DNA from: Antedon mediterranea
Taxonomy: Eukaryota > Animalia > Echinodermata
Length of the DNA: 64,000 bases
Assembly (NCBI RefSeq): GCF_964355755.1
Contig: NC_092676.1
Location: 29,778,871 to 29,842,870, forward strand
Direction of reading: 5' to 3'
Numbering within the stretch: position 1 is the stretch's first letter; each line of letters starts with the position of its first letter. Shown piece by piece: positions 1-12,965 of the stretch. A program made the translations under genes and the position numbers. The notes below the pieces were generated by a model. That model was given only the letters and a program-made list of their open reading frames with translations, was not told the DNA's origin and did no database searches.

Positions 1-600
1 GACTACCGGTATATCTTGGCGAGAGACAGTGTACATAGATCATAAGCCCTCATAGTCCGTTTGAAATTTAAACAAAACAATGAAAAATTACTATAAATAA
101 TTCCTGGATGACATATAAATATTTAAATGAATGAATGATGTATAGAGTAGACTTATTGAAAGCAACCGATTTATTCATTTATTTAAATAAATTCAGCGGT
201 TTCATCTCTGTTGAATTGTTGATGGCAACATGGAATGATTGGCGGACACAGGTGTAGGTTAAATGAGTTAAGCGAACATGTAACCCTTTAAACCGAACAC
301 AGTAAGCGCAGAAGAACGATTATTGTAAAAAAAGGCTGTGGGCAAATTATTCGTAATATATTGATACAAACAATCAGTTCTCTCCAATGAGAGATTTTAT
401 TCAGTATACGGGCCACCACGTCCTTATGTATATTGTCGTCAAATTGGTGGTTATACCGATCAACCTGCTCTATGTAAAAAAGGTATCCTCAGTATCAACA
501 AGATACATAAGTTGATACACGCGCGCGCGTACGTACACAGTATGTAACCATTCAAAACAGTAGTTTGAAGACACGTGATACGTAGTGACGTACGTCTTAC

Positions 601-741
601 CTTTTTGTTTGACATCTAAAATGTTTTCATCTGGTTGGAGGTAAATGGATTCTGGTTCAATATCTGTTTGATTAATTGCATAACGGAAGATGAATTCCTC
701 GTCTGTAACGCTATCATTACCTCTCTCCTTAAAAACAGCGC
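601..741 (-). CDS. Ionotropic glutamate receptor-like gene, coding exon 2 (amino-terminal/LIVBP domain: GAVFKERGNDSVTDEEFIFRYAINQTDIEPESIYLQPDENILDVKQK)
   Basis: Strong polypyrimidine-ccag acceptor and gtaag donor, phase 1-1, 141 nt. Resembles kainate/delta-type GxIF...EExAFRxAV...KK exon 2. Gene continues off the left edge. Confidence 0.72.
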
Positions 742-1752
742 CTGGGGAAGAAAAATAAAATGTTGACTCAAACTTTGACTCAAAGTGAATCTAGGTCTTC
801 GTATTCGATATGTTTGTCAGCTTTATAAATTATTCACAAATTGAAACCATCTGAAACAATAATGTTTTTCAGGTGAACATTCACAGATATTGATATTCAT
901 TACATTATGTGAACATTTTAAACTAGTGTTGACGCATTTTCAGTATTAGTAACGCACTTATTGTCAGTATGAGGCCAGACCCAGATACCAATTCCGTGGG
1001 GTGGATTGGAGGGAGGAGTAAAGAAGACGTTTCTGGATAGTCATCACATGGCGCGCGTGTACAAAAGCGCCGATATTGTGCGCGCATAAGTGACGGTGAG
1101 CATATAATATGGATTGGTTTATATAAAAAAGTTGACGCCAAGTGGTTGACGGTATTTCGTTTTGCATAGAACGCATCTTTCACTCTTTCTATAATACTGA
1201 CGATATGAGTGCGTATCACCTGGCAACTAATAGACACAGTCCATCATCATACGCACTTGTACATTCACATTTCATATAGTTTGTTATTTCAATGGCAGAC
1301 GACCGTTGAGATAACATACAATCAATGGCAGCTGTGACAGAATTAGGCTCATTTAGGCGCAACCCCATGTCTATTTCATGTCTACTATAACATGATCCCA
1401 TAATCAGTTGCTGGATTACACAAATGACAGATATAGAATATCTTATTTAGAAATCAAATGGTTGTAGAAATGTTTTGAATGTGGTATAGCGTATGTGCGC
1501 GCGCGCGACCGATCTTCTGTTTTAAAAACCTAAAGTGAAACTACTTTCTAAATACAGTGTAACTTCGTATTCAATAATAACGAGTGATTTGTAAGTGGAA
1601 GTTTCGGGGAAAGGAGGAGAGATCTTTGTTACCAAACTACAATAATGTACAACTTAGTACAGAAACAAAATACTCACTAGAAATAGTAAATGTATTTTGG
1701 TTTTGAAACCCGAAAGTTGATTGCCATTTTTTAATTGTTAATTAGTTATCTT

Positions 1753-1862
1753 CCGACTACCCTCGAAGAACACAGCACTATGTGTATCCATTGACCAATG
1801 CCTCTCTACCGACTACCCTCGAAGAACACAGCAATATGTATATCCATTGACCAATGCCTCTC
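1753..1862. repeat. 56-bp tandem duplication
   Basis: ccgactaccctcgaagaacacagca twice. Confidence 0.85.
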
Positions 1863-2320
1863 CCGTGAATAGGTTCAACAGACGCTCGCAATGTGGTAGG
1901 TTAACTTTAGAATCGATTATCGTGAGTCCTCTAACTATACTTATCAAAACATTCAGGCATTGTATCCGTCCAAAGACTGTCTTAAGTTTTCTTTATAACT
2001 CTTCAATCCATTTGTTTTAGTAAGTTTGTGATGTGTGTAACAGCTGTGGCAAATGTTTTGTTTTAGGATTTGGCTGTTTTCATTTGAAATTGACTTCTAC
2101 AAAGTTCATATTTAAATTGCATAATTAAGGCGCACAAATTATTTTGGTTATTAGTGTAGGATCATGGGTCAGGGGAATTAGCGAGGGTAATTATAGGTAG
2201 ATTATCAACCAATTATGAGGCTGCATTGGTGATTGGTAGCACCGTAATTTGGGGTAATTTACCAGACGATATTCAATGAAATAGTGAGGACGATAAATTC
2301 CATTTCCATTCTGTAACTTA

Positions 2321-2467
2321 AGCTCTGTCAACACTAACAAACTAGTGTGATGTGCCCAAATATGGTAGTGATATTCCCAAATATGGTAGTGATATGACAT
2401 CATCATGTCCATATTTGGGCACATCACATTTTTTTGTCACATAATATTTGATAGTGTAGACAGAGCT
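2321..2467. mobile_element. MITE family A (TIR AGCTCTGTCTACACTATCAAA, flanked by TWA), Harbinger/Tourist-like
   Basis: Both TIRs present, about 8 copies in the window. Confidence 0.8.
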
Positions 2468-2979
2468 TTACCATGCCATATCAAATGATAACCTCTTTGC
2501 ATTCTAACATATATTTGATTTATTAAAGTCCGATGCAATTTCAAGTACATTTCTGAGAGATAAATCGAAGTTTAAGGAGCGTAGGACTCTCAATATCGTT
2601 AAGTTATTTGATAAAGATTTCAAGAGTAAACATACAAGGCCTTTTAAAGATAAGTGATTCGTATCTCCATAGAACAGTTTAAATAAGCAAATGTCATTTC
2701 GATATAAGTACATCAGTCAGTTTCGGGTTACTAGTCCGCGTCGGATATGACAACCGATGCCAATATGGAATGCAGGGCTTCTCACGTGCAGATCTCACCT
2801 AAAATAATACAGTACATTTGGACCGACGTTTGAAAAAGACATAATAACATGTTTACTTCAATTTTATTTAGGCAGAGATAGAGAGTATAACCATTTATAC
2901 AAAACAGATATCTAGGTGCACTCTTTAAAATGACAAACTATATAAAAATTAAATTAATTCCAAAGGCAAATTACTGAAA

Positions 2980-3120
2980 AAAATGACAATGTTGTGAGTA
3001 TCAGTGGCTGGATATCAATGGAGAAACAAAAATGCTAAATCAAAGCGATAAAGTAAAACAGCCACACAAATTAGCAGAGTTTTCAGTTTTCAAGCAACAC
3101 TAGCCCTTCATCAGTGCAAG
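2980..3120 (-). mobile_element. Penelope-like pLTR remnant with hammerhead motif
   Basis: Minus strand: gca-CTGATGA-agggc(tagtgtt)gctt-GAAA-actgaaaa-CTC-tgc. The flank is homologous to 21519-21700. Confidence 0.6.
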
Positions 3121-3614
3121 AAAAAAAATAGAATTAAATTAAAATATACATTTCAATACATTAAAAGCAATATTGAAGCTTTTTTTATTTGAAGATTTTA
3201 ATATTGGTGTATATTACGAGTCATAATAAGATATTTATTACTTTAGGAATTTTTCTATTTGTAGTATAACATATTTTATTAGGCCAAATGGCGGATATAG
3301 CCTATATCAGCAAAAATCTTGATTTCAGTTAGTAAAGATAAATGTATTCAGAAAGGTCAAGAGCCAACATCATATAGCTCGGATTGTATGACATTAATGT
3401 TGTCTGAGATCATGAGTACGACAAGACATTTATCAATGTTGAGCAGTAGATATTTTTCTTGTAACCAAATGAATTACTGATTTAACAAAACGTCTACTTT
3501 CGGTAATATTAGCAGGAACAAATACATTTAAACTTCTAAATTTACAACTCTAATAGTATTTAATGGCAGGTTGTAGTCTATTACAATTATCCACATTGTA
3601 TTGTGTTGATGTTT

Positions 3615-3732
3615 TAAAAACTACTGTATTCACATTTAGACACATTAATGTACAAAGTGTCACAAACTATATAAAAACTACTGTATTCACATTTAGACAC
3701 ATTAATGTACAAAGTGTCACAAACTATATAAA
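3615..3732. repeat. 57-bp tandem duplication
   Basis: aaaaactactgtattcacatttagacac twice. Confidence 0.85.
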
Positions 3733-3734
3733 CC

Positions 3735-3842
3735 AAACTACACGCAAACTATTTGACCAATTAAAAGCGCCAATTCGAATAATCCATTGTGATTGGTCAA
3801 ATCACTTGCGTTGCGCTGATGTTCTAAGTGGAAACCATGCAT
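3735..3842. mobile_element. MITE family B, partial
   Basis: ttgaccaat...gtgattggtcaaatcacttgcgttgcg...gtggaaacca. Confidence 0.65.
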
Positions 3843-4965
3843 TTACGAATGTTTATGTTAGAAAATGCAGCCGTTTTAGACAAATTTATCTACGTTTGTT
3901 TTGTAAAATCAGATAAGATTTAAGATAGTGATGTCTGTACGCACGTAATTGACTCGTTAGTTTACGTAAGATGAATGAACAGCCACAGGGAACAACGTTT
4001 TATGTAAAGATACTATAATTATCAAACTTCAATTCAATTTTCAATGGAAGTATCGTACAACATGCTATGATAGGCATACAAGCTCGTTTAGGTAAAACAC
4101 GTTAAATCTTGGCGATTAAAAAGTATCGAAAGTAACTTAAGGAGTTTATGGCCCAAAATATTATTTTATTGTAGATGCCAAAGGCGATTTTGTTTTCTTT
4201 TATCAACGTTCTTTCAATTTATCCAAAGGAAACAAGATTCCAAAACAGTCTCCGTCTTGGAAAATGTGCAGATAGTACTGAGGTGTATTCTGTAAATTAA
4301 ATTACTAAACGCGTGAAGGTGTGCGTTAATTTTTTCTGCTTATAAAATAATATGAAAAATAAGTATGTTCTTAATCTTAAAAACTATTTTTTTAGAATTT
4401 ATTGAATAATAATGATTGCAATGCGTAATAATTAGCAGACATCGTCGTTTTTTTAAATCAAATCTTCATTTATGACGACGTTTATCTTGATTGTAAAGTT
4501 GCAATTATTTTATAAATGTACTAATATTTGGCGACAGAATTCTTTTTAAAAAAAATCAATACCGGGAATTCTTGAACGGATTGAGATGACTTCGATTAAC
4601 TTGTGTGCAATAAATGTCGCTGAAATAAACTACTTGTCTCAAGTTATAACTCGAAGTTATAAAATACAAACGTAAAACGACTGCTTAGCATAAAAACTAT
4701 AGTCCAACAGGTAAGGTATTATCAATATTTTATGCTTAAAATGGATAATTTCAAGAAATATCTATTCTGGAATCAATTGGGATCAATAATTGAAACGTGA
4801 GGTTGTCTCACGAGGACTTACACACGTACGTTTGATAATTTACAAAGGAACAAAATCTCGATAATTAAGATGTTTGTTTTATGAATGTTTTTTAGTGCAG
4901 TATTTCTTATATTGTAATATCAATATGTGACATGTGTTCTCTCCTCTCCTTGATGAATTACCTTA

Positions 4966-5181
4966 AGCGTGGTTCTCACTAGAGACGCAACGCAATGACG
5001 TACGCGCAACGTAAAGCGTGGTTTCCCCACTAGAGACGCCACGCAAGGACGTACGCACAACGCAAGTGAGTTGACCAATGGCAAGCCACTGTCACTGATT
5101 GAATAATCAATCGCTTGTGATTGATCAAATTACTTACGTTGCGTAACGTCTCTGCGTTGCGTCGCTAGTGGGAACCAAGCT
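4966..5181. mobile_element. MITE family B (palindromic, TIR AGCTTGGTTCCCACTAG), with duplicated left arm
   Basis: Long inverted arms with acgcaacgcaa and ttgaccaat/attggtcaa, TWA-like flanks. Confidence 0.8.
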
Positions 5182-5594
5182 TTTCAAAACATATATACAT
5201 ACAACAGTAACTTTGATCTAGGGGGGGATGAGTACTCCAGATGATTCTGAATTAACCAAAAATAAGAAACGAAACTAGCAATTGCTAAATACTTTACGTA
5301 ATGTTAAAACATGGATATGCCTTATGTCTTATTTCAACCTACACATATTAATTGATGATAACAATTTAGTGAGAACAAATTGAATATTATTGTACTTATA
5401 CAATTCATTAGCACTTACTGGGGCAAAGGTTAAGTGCTAAGTTGCTATGCAGTCATATGTGACATCCAAACTACCGTTTTACGACCAAAAAAGTAATATT
5501 TCAACACATTAGTTGTTAATTGAAAGAGTTTAAGTATGTGACGTCATGTAGACATTCATTTTTCAATACATTTAATAGTGACATAAAAGACACA

Positions 5595-5730
5595 CGTCGC
5601 GTGCGTGCACATATAGGGCTACACTTTGGCCGCACGTGTCGTGTGCGAGTATACACAGACCACTATGGGCGCACGTGTCATGTGCGCGTATACACAGACA
5701 CTATAAGCGCACGTGTCATGTGCGTGTGTA
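5595..5730. repeat. About 38-bp degenerate minisatellite with CACGTG cores
   Basis: cgcacgtgtc.tgtgcg.gtatacacaga repeated. Confidence 0.75.
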
Positions 5731-7221
5731 TGTGTATCTCAAAAACTCCGGTACGCGATTTTAAGTTTTGCGAAATTTTTATCTTATGTATCTAACATAA
5801 TATTCAGTTTAAGAACACAGACTGTATGGAGACATTAAAACTGTACGATCGGACACATTTAAATAGGTCTATGGACATAGCTCTAGATAGAACTATTCAT
5901 TATGTTATTGCTTTACTTTAATACTAGTATTACTAAGATATTTTTTGATATTAGCTATTAACAACAAAATCTCGGAATACCAACACCTGTTGGTAATAAT
6001 CAAAGCAAAATCTGTTTAAATTGAAGCGTGGTTAAAAAATACAAATCCTTACTTGATCAAGCGATAAAAATTCCACAGAAATGTTGTTGAAGTTTTGATT
6101 AAAATATTCACAAAACTTCTGAATTCAACAATTTGGTTCTATTATTCACAGATTACATAATGTAGTTCAATGCTTATAATTCTTTTACAACTTTTAAAAA
6201 CTTGCTTTATGTAAAGCATTAATTGAAGTTCATTTCATTTAATCTTTTTTATAGATTAAATCTGTCTCGTAAAGTAAATATACAGAAGCAAAAGAAAAGC
6301 TACAGAAGACATTAGGGATGCAAACTAGAAAAAAAATTAAATTTTGAAAGCGGTTTTAAAATAAACATGTTGGTGGAAGAAGTTGTACTGACCTCAATAC
6401 AATGCAAATATGATGTGGATTTAGGACTAAGACCTCGTTTAACAAAACTTTTTTTTTTTAATTCAAAGATTGGCGTTTAAGTTTTAGAGTCATTGACTTA
6501 TAATTCGGACTGTAAATGTAGAAGATTTACATATTTTTATCTCAATGTTATTAGCATTCATAAGTCTTACTCGTCTTTGATTATACATTTATTAGAGAAA
6601 GAAAAAGTGACAGCACTTAAAATAGATCAACAAAACGCACTGCTAATAAACTACAGAGTCTTAATGGATTTCTATGTTACCTTAAGCAGCAGCACAGGTT
6701 AACTAAAGATAATTATACAAACCTTCTTGTCTGATTAACGCGTGTAGTTTGCACACTTAGGTCTTAATAGCATTAAACGTGTTATGTTTAACGCTCGGAC
6801 TTACTTAATACAACATTAATGAAATGATGCACTAAGAATGCGTCTTAACGTACACTAACAATGGAACATATTGTGTCATTGATTTGAAATAGACTACAGA
6901 AAGATGTACTTAGAGTTTGTGATACAATAAGTACATTAAAGAATACCCCGACGAGACTAACTATTTTTACCTTGCGTTCTATAAACTAATTTAAGAACAA
7001 TAGTAAGTTTAAATGAGTAAAAATGGATGAACAATATATAGCTGCAGCTAGAGTATGATTTTGGACGATTTAAGTAAGATTAAAAGCTAAGAGTTGATTA
7101 ATAAACTATCAATTATGTAAAAGGGTCCTGCAAAAACAGAACTGTAAACTTCTTTATGCAGGATTGTTGTCATCAATTATATACTGAAATTGAAAATTAT
7201 AAACGATGACTAAATAAATGT

Positions 7222-7562
7222 AAATGAATGAATGAATGAATGAATGAGTGACAGTAAAGCCAGACCTACTCGTTTGTGTATGAAGATGAGTGAGTGACAG
7301 TAAAGCCAGGCCTACTCGTTTGTGTATGAAGGTGAGTGAGTGACAGTAAAGCCAGGCCTACTCGTTTGTGTATGAAGATGAGTGAGTGACAGTAAAGCCA
7401 GGCCTACTCGTTTGTGTATGAAGGTGAGTGAGTGACAGTAAAGCCAGGCCTACTCGTTTGTGTATGAAGATGAGTGAGTGACAGTAAAGCCAGGCCTACT
7501 CGTTTGTGTATGAAGATGAGTGAGTGACAGTAAAGCCAGGCCTACTCGTTTGTGTATGAAGG
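7222..7562. repeat. (TGAA)n followed by a 46-bp minisatellite, about 7 copies
   Basis: gagtgagtgacagtaaagccaggcctactcgtttgtgtatgaagRt repeated. Confidence 0.95.
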
Positions 7563-7671
7563 TTTGTGTGTTTCTTTCTTGAAGTTTTGTCACTCACATG
7601 GTGACAACAACCAACTACTTTGGTGACGATGACTTGTGTTAGTATTAATTGCTCGTTTCCAAAATTTACGT

Positions 7672-7862
7672 AACAACTTTAGTCAAAACGACTTCTTCTG
7701 TTAACAATGGGCAACAATAATGTAATACAACTGCTGGAGAGGCTTCCAGTATGCCCTAAATGGTTATAGTATAACGTAACAATAGCCAAAACGACTTCCT
7801 CTGTTAACAACGGGCAACAATAATGTAATACAACTGCTGGAGAGGCTTATAGAGGGTTATAG
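7672..7862. repeat. About 105-bp tandem duplication
   Basis: caaaacgacttc.tctgttaacaa.gggcaacaataatg twice. Confidence 0.85.
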
Positions 7863-8721
7863 TGCAGTACTACTCTGTACGTCTGCAAAGTAAATACATT
7901 TTGTTGTTGCAATTTATGAACCATTCCTATTGCCTCTTCACGGATGAACATTCCTATTAATTCAACCGTATTTCAACTTCATATTCTCACCTGAGATCAA
8001 GGTATAACTTTATATTTTCACATAAATAACTGATAACTTTGAATTGTACCGTAAGATGTTTGAAACCAAATCACTCAATTGGGACATCACTGTATTTCCA
8101 AGGAAAGCATTTCTTTACGATAAATCAATATATTTTATAGAACGCCCTCCTTAAAATATGCAACCCATATTTGTCTTTTGCACGAGGAGTCGTAAAAACT
8201 GATTTTAATACGGACAGCAGCAGGCGTACTAAAAATACTATGAAATTTAGAAAACATAGAAGCACGTGACATTGAGATGGTAGTAACCACTGACAAATAA
8301 CTTTGTATTTCACATTTTTTAAATGCGATCTTTTCACACGATCGATTCTCTATCCAAATTGGCATTAATGGTCAGTGTAATAGGCAAATTCTGCAATACA
8401 GAGAGTTAGTCACATGTAACGTCTGTACTCTGTATTATGTTAAAGTGTAAGTTAAGACTCATGCGATAGTAGTCAGAAACAACTTTACATAGATCACCGA
8501 AACGGCACGTTCGGTTATAATTATTCTAAGAGGCCTATAAGATATTAAAACTGTATTGTCACTAGGCCTCCTACAACTGAGGTATACATGAACTAGTTGA
8601 CATTTTGTGAATGAAGATCAACTACTTTATACGGTGTTTCAAACATTATACAATCATTCTTGAGGAACGTAAACCTGCTGCTTTAAAGAAAACTCGTTGT
8701 TAAATATATATTTTTGCCATT

Positions 8722-9114
8722 AAATGGACATTGGAAATCTGATAAGTCTATGGAACAAAAAAGCGCTCGTATAAGTAGTTAAAGTACAATGAGGTATGAA
8801 ACGCTAAATACGCCACAAACATCACGTAATTACCATTAAAATCCCCCTTGACGAACGTGGAATGGACATTGGAAATCGGATAAGTCTATGGAACAAAATA
8901 GTGCTCGTATACTTACAGTAGTTAAAGTACAATTAGGTATGAAACGCTAAATACGCCACAAACATCACGTAATTACCATTAAAATCCCCCTTGACGAACG
9001 TGGAATGGACATTGGAAATCGAATAAGTCTATGGAACAAAATAGCGCTCATTATAACTGCAGTAGTTAAAGTACAATCAGGTATGAAACGCTAAACATGC
9101 CATAAACATCACGT
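8722..9114. repeat. About 140-bp tandem triplication
   Basis: atggacattggaaatc at about 8724, 8862 and 9005. Confidence 0.9.
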
Positions 9115-9743
9115 CACACTTTTACATTCATAGCATTGTTTTAGTTCGATAGTGCATGGAAGTCCTGAATTTTAATGAATTATTATTATTATTTAAATAA
9201 TTTCATGAGTACCGACTTAACGTTCTATACGAAATACTTTATTATCTGCATTATTATCTAAAAATGATTCTAGTGAAGGAATTGAACATGACATGACATG
9301 ACATGACATGACATGCACTCTAAATTATAATTATTTGCAACTCGTTAAATCTAAAATATTGAATTCTCTTTGGACAGCAGAATAATAATCTGTAATGAAC
9401 GATATGTGTTGTTTATGTATGACTGTTGATGTTTCACATATTACACACTAGATCATCCATCCTTCAACGCTGAACATGTTAATGCCCGGTTCTACGACGC
9501 AATTCGAGTGCGACCTACTTTTTGTCTTGCGCATGAACATCATTGTCTCTGACAATTTTAACATGTCTATTAACATGTCTCTTTGACCAGTCTATTTTAT
9601 TCTAAAGCCATATATAATATAACAATACTCGGTAATAATGAAACACATGTGCCAAAAAACCTGAAAAATGTTTGGTGCAAAACTGACCAATTCAATTTAG
9701 TGTCAGGCACTCTTATTATACCGATTATTTAATTTTTCTTTTC

Positions 9744-9782
9744 ATTCCTGATGATGATCAAATAAAGATCAAAACGTTGAAT
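9744..9782 (+). ncRNA. Minimal hammerhead ribozyme motif (G12A mutated), Penelope pLTR remnant
   Basis: attc-CTGATGA-t-gatc(aaataaa)gatc-AAAA-cGTT-gaat, stems I and II pair perfectly. Confidence 0.6.
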
Positions 9783-10378
9783 CATGACTTGCCTCTCATT
9801 ATTTGGAGTCAGTTTTATACTAAATGTTATTTAAACATAATCAGTACATCTATTGGTTCTATAAATGCTTGATTATGACATGCACTCAAATCCAAAAACA
9901 ACATGTGTGTGAATGAAACACACATCTATATATAAATTTACGTAAGGGCAAAATTCGGTAAATCGCGCCTTACTTCTATAATTTTTACTCGATGGTATAT
10001 AAAGTTGGTTCGTACTTTCGGTACTGATTTTAACCACCTGATGTAACCCTGTTTACTAATTAAATTAAGTTAGATAATAAGTTATTGACGGTTAAAAAGA
10101 ATTTAGGTTCCAAGATTTGCCCCAAATAGGGGTGTTTTCCGACCGTGGTATACACTGTATAATGGATGTCCATCTTGAAAAATACCCGCCACAAAAATGC
10201 GAGGAGGCTTCGCATTTTCCTATCTCCTCCTACGATAATTGTTTTTAATAGCTGAAAACCGGTTGAACAGCTAGAGTACACCATCATAATGTTGAAGACA
10301 GGCCGATTTTCTTTAAAAAATACTATTTTGATACATTTAATATACGTTTTTACAAATGTATTGATTTGTGATGAATGG

Positions 10379-10905
10379 AACATTCCAAATTATTTGGTTT
10401 AACCATACAGGTATAGATTTAGATTTATGGGCCCCCTTGGAGAATAAACATAAATAGTATTGCAATGCTGTACAATACTGTTAAGGTATTAACCACTTTT
10501 GATCGCAATTTGAATCGCAAATTTCTTACTGTGAGTGTTGGTACTGTTAGATGTAATATAAAAATATATACAAATAAACTTTATTACTGTGAGTGTGGGT
10601 AGGCCCTACTGTTAGATTATAAACATATAATATACAAATAAACATTCCAAATTATTTGGTTTAACCATAGAGGTATAGATTTAGATTTATGGGCCCCCTT
10701 GGAGAATAAACATAAATAGTATTGCAATGCTGTACAATACTGTTAAGGTATTAACCACTTTTGATCGCAATTTGAATCGCAAATTTCTTACTGTGAGTGT
10801 TGGTACTGTTAGATGTAATATAAAAATATATACAAATAAACTTTATTACTGTGAATGTGGGTAGGCCCTACTGTTAGATTATAAACATATAATATACAAA
10901 TAAAT
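10379..10905. repeat. 262-bp near-perfect tandem duplication
   Basis: cattccaaattatttgg at 10381 and 10643. Confidence 0.92.
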
Positions 10906-11394
10906 AAACGTTATTACTGACAGTTGCTTCTCAACGTTTGTATTAATTAATAATTTAAAAATATATAAACGTCGTAGTGGTGTATCGTTACATGTACTTT
11001 ACTATTTCAATCGACTATGACAGTGAGAGTTTTAACAAAGTACCGTATTAAATCGTAAATGTTTTACTGTATTTAGTGGTATATTATTTATAGGCCTATA
11101 AAACATTAAAAACAATATTTCGTTACTGAGTGGATAAGAATATATTTTAAAATGTTTCCTCTTTGTACCTATCTTCTTCCCCCATCCCTCAACCCTTAAT
11201 GTTACATACAAAACACAAATTGGGTTTGTTTAAATGAGTCCAAATAAAAAAAATTGACTCATTTTGTTTCTCTCTCGGAAGTAATTCCCAGGGTGCTAAT
11301 TTTAGCTGACTACATAAATCATTGTGTATATTTATTCGTTTCTGTAAACGACAATGTATTATAGTCCGGCAGTACGTACATTTGAAATCTCCAT

Positions 11395-11483
11395 TTTTTT
11401 CTCGCTGGAAATACTGTGTATTCGAGAACCATCTGTGGGCACGACCTAGATGGTACGCGAGCGAAGCGAGCGTGCCATCTAGT
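11395..11483 (+). mobile_element. Helitron/Helentron-like 3' terminus
   Basis: Hairpin ctagatggtacgc-gagcgaagcga-gcgtgccatctag ending CTAG|T. Confidence 0.5.
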
Positions 11484-11623
11484 GTTGTAAATTGACAGAA
11501 TAATTTATATTGGGATTTTATTATCAATTTGAGGATATTTTTTATTCTTATTTTAAATTTCTGAATTATCTTAACCGTGATAGAGTTGTAACTCCAGAAA
11601 ACAAAACACAATAATAACGTGAA

Positions 11624-11920
11624 GTGGAGCTGTGGCTTGGTGGTTATGATGCTTGGCTACCAATCTAAGGGTCCTGGGTTCAAGTCCTGTCATATGTCAG
11701 GGTTTTTTTCTCATGACAATTTACAACTCCACTCCACTTAATATTAAGTCTTTGTTTATGTAGAGCATCTTGTGTATATGTTTGTCTTATATGTTCTAGT
11801 GCAGTATATGGAGAGCCATCTCGATAGTGCTTTGCACTCATGGCAATCCTCAGGGTGCTGCACCGCTGTATTGTCATGTATTGTTGTGCCTGAAAATTGA
11901 ATAAAACATAAAACATAAAA
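11624..11920 (+). mobile_element. tRNA-derived SINE
   Basis: A box TGGCTTGGTGG, B box GGTTCAAGTCC, tRNA-like head, about 200-bp body, (ATAAAAC)n tail. Confidence 0.8.
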
Positions 11921-12862
11921 CAACGTAGTGAAGAACTTGATAGCCAGAACCAACTGAAGCGTTTACATACGAATGGCTACAGAACATTAGATACGTTTGC
12001 CAGATATGGTGCGTTGTTATGTATTACAAATAGCGTAATAGTATAATCGATTTTATGACTGTATAAATTAAAGTTATTAATTGGCTTGACATGTGACATA
12101 TAGCGTTACCGTTAGACCTATTTTAAATCCAAAACGATCCAATTATAATACTACGGTCAGTTTAAAGCAATTAGTCAAATCATCGCCACAATAGCCAGTA
12201 ATAGTAAATCACATGCAATAGTCTAAATATACTGCTCTTAATTAAGACATGTAATTATCATTTAACCTGTCGTATATTCTATTACCTATCTGATATACCG
12301 AGTACGTCACTGATTCTATAATATGTAAGATACACAGGCTCACGTCAACTAATATTAGTGCAAGGTTTAGTTCTCGAATATAACTCGAAAATGCACGCGA
12401 ATAAAGTAATACATACTCCAGCGAGCATTGGTATGTCGATGGTTTGGACATAAACGAGTTTTGTTCCTATGTTAATATTTGGGTGTAGGTTACAATAGCA
12501 GCATTAGTTTTACGATTTTTAAAATGTATTTTTATTTGACGAATCTGCTGGTCGAATGGCGAACAGATGTTTCGGTTGAATACGATGAATATAATCTTAT
12601 AATTGTTACAATTAAATCAAATTCTTTAATCCTGGATAATTAGGCGAAGTTTTTGAAAACATTTGCACTATATTTCTATAGGATGAAAGACCAGCGAGTA
12701 ATTTTGCGCGTTTGCGTTGCGCGCCAAATGCTACTTTGACGCATACCTTTGTAGTTATTCCCAGTAAATCAGTAGAACTTAGCCCATATAGGATGTTAAG
12801 CTCAAGGTATGTATCTTAATGAAATTAGTAAGCATACAATAATTAACAAATGAATGGCTTAC

Positions 12863-12965
12863 CTAATTTTAACGATGAAATTTGCGTAACGGTGTGGTGA
12901 TGGAAGATTACAAATACGAACCATATACTACTGCAGCAGGAATTGATCCTAACATTTGTCGTCAT
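12863..12965 (-). CDS. Ionotropic glutamate receptor-like gene, coding exon 1 (signal peptide MTTNVRINSCCSSIWFVFVIFHHHTVTQISSLKLG)
   Basis: ATG plus hydrophobic core, ends g|gtaagc in phase 1, splices in frame to 601-741 to give LKLGAVF, the first beta strand of an iGluR amino-terminal domain. Confidence 0.7.

Noticed and set aside
8492-8520. ccgaaacgg hammerhead-like half
   Set aside because: No CUGANGA core upstream and no valid NUH site
11624-11700. tRNA gene
   Set aside because: Acceptor stem does not pair and the sequence continues into a SINE body and tail
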